This document shows, piece by piece, positions 56,826-64,000 of a stretch of DNA of 64,000 bases (the first letter of the stretch is position 1; each line of letters opens with the position of its first letter). The translations under genes were made by a program, and so were the position numbers. The stretch covers positions 1,798,001-1,862,000 of the forward strand of contig CAJFCJ010000003.1 of NCBI GenBank assembly GCA_904063045.1. The letters are read 5' to 3'. Below the pieces are notes generated by a model that was not told the DNA's origin, did not search any database, and saw nothing but the letters and a program-made list of their open reading frames with translations. Source of the DNA: Dimorphilus gyrociliatus (Eukaryota > Animalia > Annelida).

Positions 56826-58272
56826 TTAAATTGAACATATATCTGATAAAAGAATTATGGAGTAGTCACCATCTTCGAGATTTACTGCCGACTCCTCACC
56901 CGATGCAATCACACACTGAGGGCACTGCCTTAATGTTTTAAGACATTCGATATGATAATAATGGCCACAGCCTTCAATCAATCCCAACAAAACTTCTTCA
57001 ATTTCCCTATCAAATTCTTTGTTACAAACAGAGCAGGCTGACAGTACAGTTCTTTGTCTCTCTTCCAAAATATCGGCAAGAATAGCAGTTAAGATTTCAT
57101 AATCTTGAAAACCAGGTACATTTTCATCTCCATCAAAGTCAACACATCTAGGGCACTTTCCATTCTTCTCGTTTAGAATACAATCATAGTGATAAAAATG
57201 GCCACACTCTATAATATATCCGACAATAACATTAGAAGGATCTCCAGAGAAGTTACGCTTGCAGATATGACAAGTTTTTTCTGAGCAAATCTTACTTGCT
57301 GTAGTGTTCACTGAATTTTGATAATCTTTGACCCATTCTATATCTCTCGCATCTCTCTTCAATCGCTGAGGGGTAATGGAAGAACTATCTGTACAACCTG
57401 GTCCGGTTAGAGTGCGGTTTTTCTCTTCTGTTTCTGCTTCAAATGCATAATTAGCTTTTCCACTAGCTTGTCTACTTCTTTTAATAGATGAATATTTGCC
57501 TTTACATTCATCTCGTGACCTTATAACATCCTCCAGTTTGAAAACTCTTAGTCCTACTTTCTTATCTGCCACATTAAATTCAACGTTTGTTCTGCAGAGT
57601 GGGCAAGAACATTCTCCAGAACCAATAGATCTTTCAACTAGCCATGACCAAATACAATCAAAATGATAAAAATGACCGCAAGATGACAGCAAAGCAATTA
57701 GGATTTCAAGATTGCCATCTTTATAATCCTCACAGCAAATAGGGCATGTCGCAACCTCTAACGGCACTCGGATTTGCTTCTCTTGTTTCTTCTTGCCATC
57801 ACCTGTAAAGTTTTTTAAGAATCCATCAATTATTTTTCTCTTCAAGGAATTTTGACTTTGAATAATAGCCACTTGGCCAGTATTGAGAGAATTTTGCATT
57901 GTAACAGTAAAGACATTAGGATTTCCGTTATTCCTTCGTGTTCTGCACCGTTTCCTGTCGTTACAAACTGATAGTTGGAATGATAATAAGGAAATTAACT
58001 TACCATGAGTTGAATGCACAGCAGCAAAAGCAAAGACAATACATCAATGATGCACAAACAAATCCTGAAAAAAAATATTCTTGAATAATGATTTTCACAA
58101 TGAAATTGTGAAATGTAGTTAAAGTTCTATGTAATTATAATATTTCTAGACATTAGCTTTACGATATAAACAAAATTTTCTTATTATTTTCGAACAGGAG
58201 GAACAAACCAGCAACAACTACACCATATGGAAGTTCACTGGAATGAGGGTTTGGGGTTTTTTCTCCGGCCAT
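56826..58272 (-). CDS. Single-pass membrane protein with three RING-H2 fingers (putative E3 ligase), 3 exons (58209-58272, 58004-58064, 56826-57954)
   Basis: Spliced N-terminus MAGEKTPNPHSSELPYGVVVAG|FVCASLMYCLCFCCCAFNSW|KRCRTRR gives a TM helix, a Cys cluster and a basic stop-transfer. Three C-x2-C..CGH-x2-H-x2-C..C-x2-C motifs follow. The 5' exon structure is inferred from splice phase. Confidence 0.75.
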
Positions 58273-58908
58273 TAAAAATGTTTAGCTAGAAAATATTGTG
58301 TATTCACTCAAAACATAAATCGGAATTTGATTCAAAAGAGTTCGTATTTGAGCTTAAAATAATATCAAATAATAAGACTTGTTTCTTGTTGTAGCTATTG
58401 ATAGAAGATATAATAAAAAACGCAAACAAGTTAGTTCGTCTAAATAATAATAAAGCTAATGAGCTTATTAGTATTGAGAGCGCCTTCAAGGTTAGTCTGG
58501 TTCACACGTCTATTCTGTTGTGAAATAGACTAAACTATAGTTGGATTAGAAACCTAGTTACAAAAAATAGCTGGTTGATACGTAATTTTTTGCGCTTTTG
58601 TTATTGTTATGAAATTTTGTTTTTCTGGAATGCAATTACTGAAAACTTTAGATTATTTGATATTTATTTAAAAACAAAATTTCTGTGAGAGTATTCCTTA
58701 TAGGATAACAATAATCAAAAGTGTAGTAGTAGTAATTATCGTCAACATGAGGGCTGAATATTTATGGTGATAATTCATAAACACGATTCTTTGAATTTAT
58801 TTGAATAGCTACACATATGAAAACATATTGAACACTCAGTTTTAAATTCCGAATCATAATTTCGAAAAAACTTGCGAAAAGAAGGATAAAGCTATATAAG
58901 CGTTAAGT

Positions 58909-58923
58909 ATGCCAGATGGCACT
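58909..58923 (+). promoter_or_regulatory. CTCF-like motif
   Basis: GCCAGATGGCACT in AT-rich intergenic DNA. Confidence 0.4.
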
Positions 58924-60532
58924 AATCTTAAATTCTTCAAATTGTTTTTTTTCAGTTATCATGGCTTGGAGAATTGTATTTTTTTTAAATCATAGATAAA
59001 AACTATTTATAGTTTACGACCACCAACTTTTCTTATCACTCTTTTTTGAATTATCAAATATATCAAATACATTGAACAGTCTTTTTGTCGTCCAATGAAG
59101 TTTATCAAAGAAATATCATAACACACTATTATTTTCCAAACTGTTGAAAAAGTAGTAATGTCACTTTTTGAGAGCCGCTTAACCAAATTGTTGAAGTCGA
59201 TTAGTTTTTTTCAATAGAATATTTACATGGGATTATTCAATAATAAGTTCTAAAAAGGCCAAAAAAATTTCTTGGGAAGCTATTGTTATGAATAATTATG
59301 TCTTTATTCATCGAAATTTAACATCCATAATCTTTAACAAGATATTACAGCGGTTTATTATAGCTAAAAAATCCATATTTTTTTAAACTAGTAATTCATA
59401 AAGTTTACACATTTTTAAAACAAAAATGAGAAACAAGATGATAAAATTTACTAGTTTCTTTTTAAAAGAAATGTATTGATCCTATTATAATGAAGATTCG
59501 ATTTTTCTGACTAATTCATACTTTTAATACACAATCAAGTGTATTTACTCTTGAAACTTTTCCTGTCAATTGGTTTGATTGATCTTAACCTTGAATGAAC
59601 GATCCTAGCAGTGACTTTTCCTAACAAAGTTTGATTGCAAAAATTATGTTAAATAGGAAATATTTGCTACTATAAACTGTTTTACGTCTTCAAGTAAAGA
59701 TTTTTTACACCACAAATTGTATAGTTCTACTTTAAGAGTTAAAATGATAAAGAAGAGCAATTTCTTCGCTGTTGTAATTTAAAACCCAAACTTTGTGGTG
59801 CTTATTTTGGTAGCGTTCTGTATTATTAAAACCTTCATTTGAAAAATGCAAAGATAGAAACGACTTAATTAAAAGTCATTATTCAGATCCTTTATAATCG
59901 GTATTTAGGCGCAAGCACCTAAACAAACTGCAGGCTTTTGTTCGCTTGTGTACAAGCTCTCAAAAGACGATTTATACTATTCAAATGCATTCGGCCAACG
60001 TTCAGTTGCGATTACGACGTAAATCCAAAGCTGTCACTGTTGCTTTGACGATGGAAATTGATTAGGCTTGGATTTTATCGCTCTCTCATTTCTCTTTCTT
60101 CTGATACTCTACAGGATTCAAAATTTCACTATTAATAGAAATTGGCGTCCTCACTAGTTTAGTAATAGGTAAATATCTTCTCTCCTTACTTCCTCTTAAC
60201 TAAAACCTTACTAGGTTTGAGTTATTTAAAAAAATGCCAATTTTTAGGCAAAGTTTTTCAAAGAAGTTTTGCTATTCTAATAATTTTACTTTTCAAATAA
60301 AAACCTAATAATAATACTTTGCAACTGTAAAGTTTCTAAATACATATTGCTTTGAAATTGATACTGCAAGCTGAATTATAATTGTCAAAATTTTCAGACC
60401 TAAAAAACAACTTGTCGATATCAATTATAAACGGAACGTAAACCTTTTGTCTGTGTTTGATTAAATGTTTTCAGACGTTTAATCTGATTAAAGATTTACA
60501 ACATTGGTTGGAAATGACACTTTGACGACGCT

Positions 60533-63500
60533 ATGGGAGATGGTCAAGACAAAGTTAAAACGGATAACTCAAGGAAACAATGGACTAAGTTACCTAGTGT
60601 CAATAAAGTGAGCTTCTTGATAAACCCTAGCTTTGACTCAGCAAAGCTTAAGAGGTAAAATTATTTATTTTAGTTTATCATTCTATCAGTAGATGGCGTT
60701 CATATAACAAATTTCAAGTCGGTATATTGTTTATAGATCTTTTAGTTAGATAATTAAAATTTCATATAATTTGGATAGTTTATTTCTGGGAAAATTGTAG
60801 CACTATACCTAAGTCTGAAAGTATTTTAAAAAAAATTGTCTTTTCAGTTATGTTAATCTCATAGTTCAACAACATGTATTTACTTATCGAATAAAACGCA
60901 AAAAAAATATGGCATTTAGTGAATTTATGCTATTATTTTTGCTACTTAAAAATTGTAATAAATTTAACTATTCATGTCATTTTGCGATGAAATCTGATAG
61001 TAAAAGCACTGATGAAAAAGAATTTGAGGTAGGTTAGGCTAGGTTTTAACCAGCTTATAGAATCAGTGCACAAAACCCATAAAATTAATTGCCTAAGCAC
61101 AAATCTAATATGAGTAGACTTTTATTGCTTCAATATCGCACCCTTGTTGAAGTGAATGGATTAATTTTGGTGACTCGTGAGTTGCTTATTCTGAAAAAAG
61201 AACACTCGTAGTTATGTGTTGAATATGAAACGAGTTCCTTCTCGACAAAAAACTGTCTCTTTTTCGGAAGACGACTTTTCCTCAAGACCAACCACAGAAT
61301 GGAGTAATGGAACCAATTCATCAAGAGCTCAAAGTTCCAAGTCCGAATGTCGTCTTCCACGTTTTGATAACCATGGGCAACAGAGATTAAGTATTCGAAG
61401 TAATCAACAAAGAATTTGTAGTGCATTTCCAAGACTAATAACGAATGAGAAAGTTTTACAAAATGATACGGCTCCCTTCCATGTTGTTTTTCAGCCACAA
61501 GCTCCCCCAAACACAACTAGATTCGAAAAAAGTTTTTCGAATGTTAACTCTTTATTAGATTCAATAATTTTCCAAAAATTAGATGGGTTGGCAATAGCTT
61601 TTATTTCTTCAACTAATAGTAATCAAATTGATATTGTTGTATGGAATTAGCTTTTTTTCAGATTGCAAAGAAATAGCTATGACCAGAGAACTTTTAAAGG
61701 TGGACTACCTGATCCAAAAAAGAAATCACAAGTGTCTGTTATTAGTGCTGGCCAAACAGCAAAGAACACTGCTGGACACAAATACACAGCATATGATATT
61801 GATACAAGTGACAGGGAGCAGTTATCTCAATCTCTTCCTGACAATAATACTCAAGAACGTACGTTTTCAGTTCTCATAAAATTTATTTAATTTCATTTTT
61901 ATTATAGCTGTTGATGCACCAAGACTAGCAATATCGGCTCCAAAAGAAAGACTGTCGAAAAAGACAAAAGTTTTCGTTAATGTTAAGCCTCGAATTAACA
62001 ATCTAGTCAGTGGTCAATATAATCCAGAAGAAAAAACTAAAGGAAGAAGTATTACAAAAAATGGAATTGAAGACAAACAAAGAAAATTTACTGAAACAGT
62101 TGCTCCGGAAATGAGATATGAAACTCCTAAACCCCCTTTGTCCCAGTCAAAGTAAGTAAAAGTTATGCTAAAATATATTTTATGACCTTTTTATTATATA
62201 GGGACAGTAAAATGAAACCAGAAAAAGGATTTGTTTTTCATGCTAAAACTTCGCATTCAACGGCTCCTACTGTCCCAGAAAAAGAAAAACCAAAAGTCGT
62301 TGTGAAGTTACCAAAGCCTATGTCCAGGGATGCTTCAATTGTTAAGGAAGAAGAGTTTTCGCAAAAAGATGCAATTGAAAGATCACAGACTATGGTGTAT
62401 GAGCACAAAAAACGTATTCCAACAGCGAGGTTGAAAACGGCTATTAAGCGATCAAAAACGCTGCTAAATTTCAGAGAGTTTTGGAAACAAGTCGCTATGA
62501 AAACCAAGAAAGAAAATAAAATTCTGCCATACACAGCAACTGATGCAGCTGACATATACTTGGCAGCATTAGAAGCGGCTACGACTAAACTTATGAGAGA
62601 AGATGAATCTAATAAACAAGATATACTTCCTTATGAAGACCCTTTGAGGACTGTCCCACCCTGGCACAGGAAGGAATATGTATTAAATGAGAGAGAGATT
62701 GATATGTATAATCACCTAAAGGTAATATATGGTGACAAGACAACGATGTTGAAAAGATGTCGTCAACAAGAGTTTTATGAGAAGTTAGAAAAATTACAAC
62801 AGGAAGAGACTAAAAAATATAATTCATTACTTAAGGACAAGAAGAAACAAAGAGAGAAATCAAAATTAAAGCAGCAGCAACAATTAAAATTTGTTCGCAA
62901 TAAATTTGAGGAAGAGCAAGTTAATCGTTTTCGAAATCAGTATGTAACAACAAGAATTTTACAGCATGAATGGACTACTAGACATATATACGGTCTTCCT
63001 GAGGATCTGGGAGATGATACTGCTACATCTAGAGTTAAAAGAAAAGTGGAAAGAGCTAAGGAGATACCAGATGATCTTAGGGAGCAAAATATTCGAAGAT
63101 TTAGAGGACTATTCGATGTTCATTGTGGTTTGGCACTAGCAAATATGAAGCCACCAAAATTTGGTAGGTTGTTTTAGAGCTTGTCAGAGCACTAACGAAA
63201 AAAACGATCTATACTCTATCGTCATTCATTCGATATTTACATAAACTCTTTGCAAGAAACTGAACAATCCTCTTAAATTGAACTATTTGCTAGGCAACAA
63301 GTAGGCCTATTCGATATAGTCGCTTTTATAATAACTTAGTCAATTATATTTTTTATCAAAATGTTCTTTACTAAATACAGGTAAAAAATCAAAGAAGCTA
63401 CCAACAGATGATGTTGTGAGAGACGCTAGGAAAATGTTAGATGAAACAAGCGAAGACGAGGATTCAACAGACAATGAGGACGAATCATATTCTAACGGGG

Positions 63501-64000
63501 CTGATAACAAACTTACAGCAAATCGATCATACTCCAATAAAAAATATAGTAAAAACCCTAGTCGTCAAACATATCTTTCTCCCTATTATTCTACTTTAAG
63601 AAAACCTCAATCAAGGAGAATGACTGAATCTCTTGATAAAGAAAACAAAAAACCTAAAAAAACTATAGAAACCAAACCAAAGTTTAAACTTGACATGAAA
63701 TCGAATGCTAATAACTATAAAAAGTCGTTTAAACCAATAAATGATTTGACCAAGATTGAGGTTTCAAATTCATCTAACAAAGCACCGGATAAGAAAAAGA
63801 ATGTAAAATTCGTTAAACCAAATACTCACTCCAATCAAAGAATAAATAACAGAGGAAAAATTTCAGAACGATCAAAAATGAAAGATCAAAATAATTCACC
63901 AAGCGATGAAGATAGTAAAGTTGAAGAAAACAACGAGAGCACTGAAAATACGAAAACAGCTGATTCTAGACAATTAACCCCTGAGCTGAAACAGGATATA
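60533..64000 (+). CDS. Unrecognised Lys/Glu-rich coiled-coil protein, multi-exon, 3' end beyond the window
   Basis: In-frame exon chain 61212/61226-61586, 61662-61858, about 61909-62151, 62202-63166 and 63381 onwards via phase-compatible GT-AG introns. The first exon is uncertain: ATG 60533 exon ending 60654, or a start at 61226. Confidence 0.7.
60687..60700 (+). promoter_or_regulatory. CTCF-like motif
   Basis: CAGTAGATGGCGTT. Confidence 0.4.

Overview
AT-rich, gene-dense eukaryotic (animal) genomic DNA with very short spliceosomal introns (mostly about 45-100 nt). The gene content (NKY-type neuropeptide, alpha2-adrenergic-type and tyramine receptors) points to a lophotrochozoan with a miniaturised genome, plausibly an annelid such as Dimorphilus gyrociliatus; this is an inference and was not verified. 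About 16 protein-coding genes were assembled by hand: TyrR1-like and alpha2-like amine GPCRs, NLF-1/NALF, ENOX, TPP2, AGFG1, BRWD/PHIP, an NKY precursor, an ankyrin-SOCS box protein, PANK4, Rap2, an ETHR-like GPCR, a D1-like receptor, V-ATPase B, CNNM, a TM plus triple RING-H2 protein, and a partial orphan coiled-coil gene. The most striking signal is invisible in the ORF track. TPP2 and BRWD each contain a tandemly duplicated, phase-matched pair of exons that can only be used mutually exclusively. In both genes the flanking introns carry complementary elements able to form RNA duplexes: a perfect 12-bp GC-rich duplex around the TPP2 exon, and a ~28-bp hairpin plus a donor-occluding duplex in BRWD. 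CNNM adds two candidate symmetric microexons. CTCF-like motifs recur in the non-coding DNA, and M-boxes sit at the V-ATPase B start. No tRNA, rRNA, CRISPR array or recognisable transposon was found.
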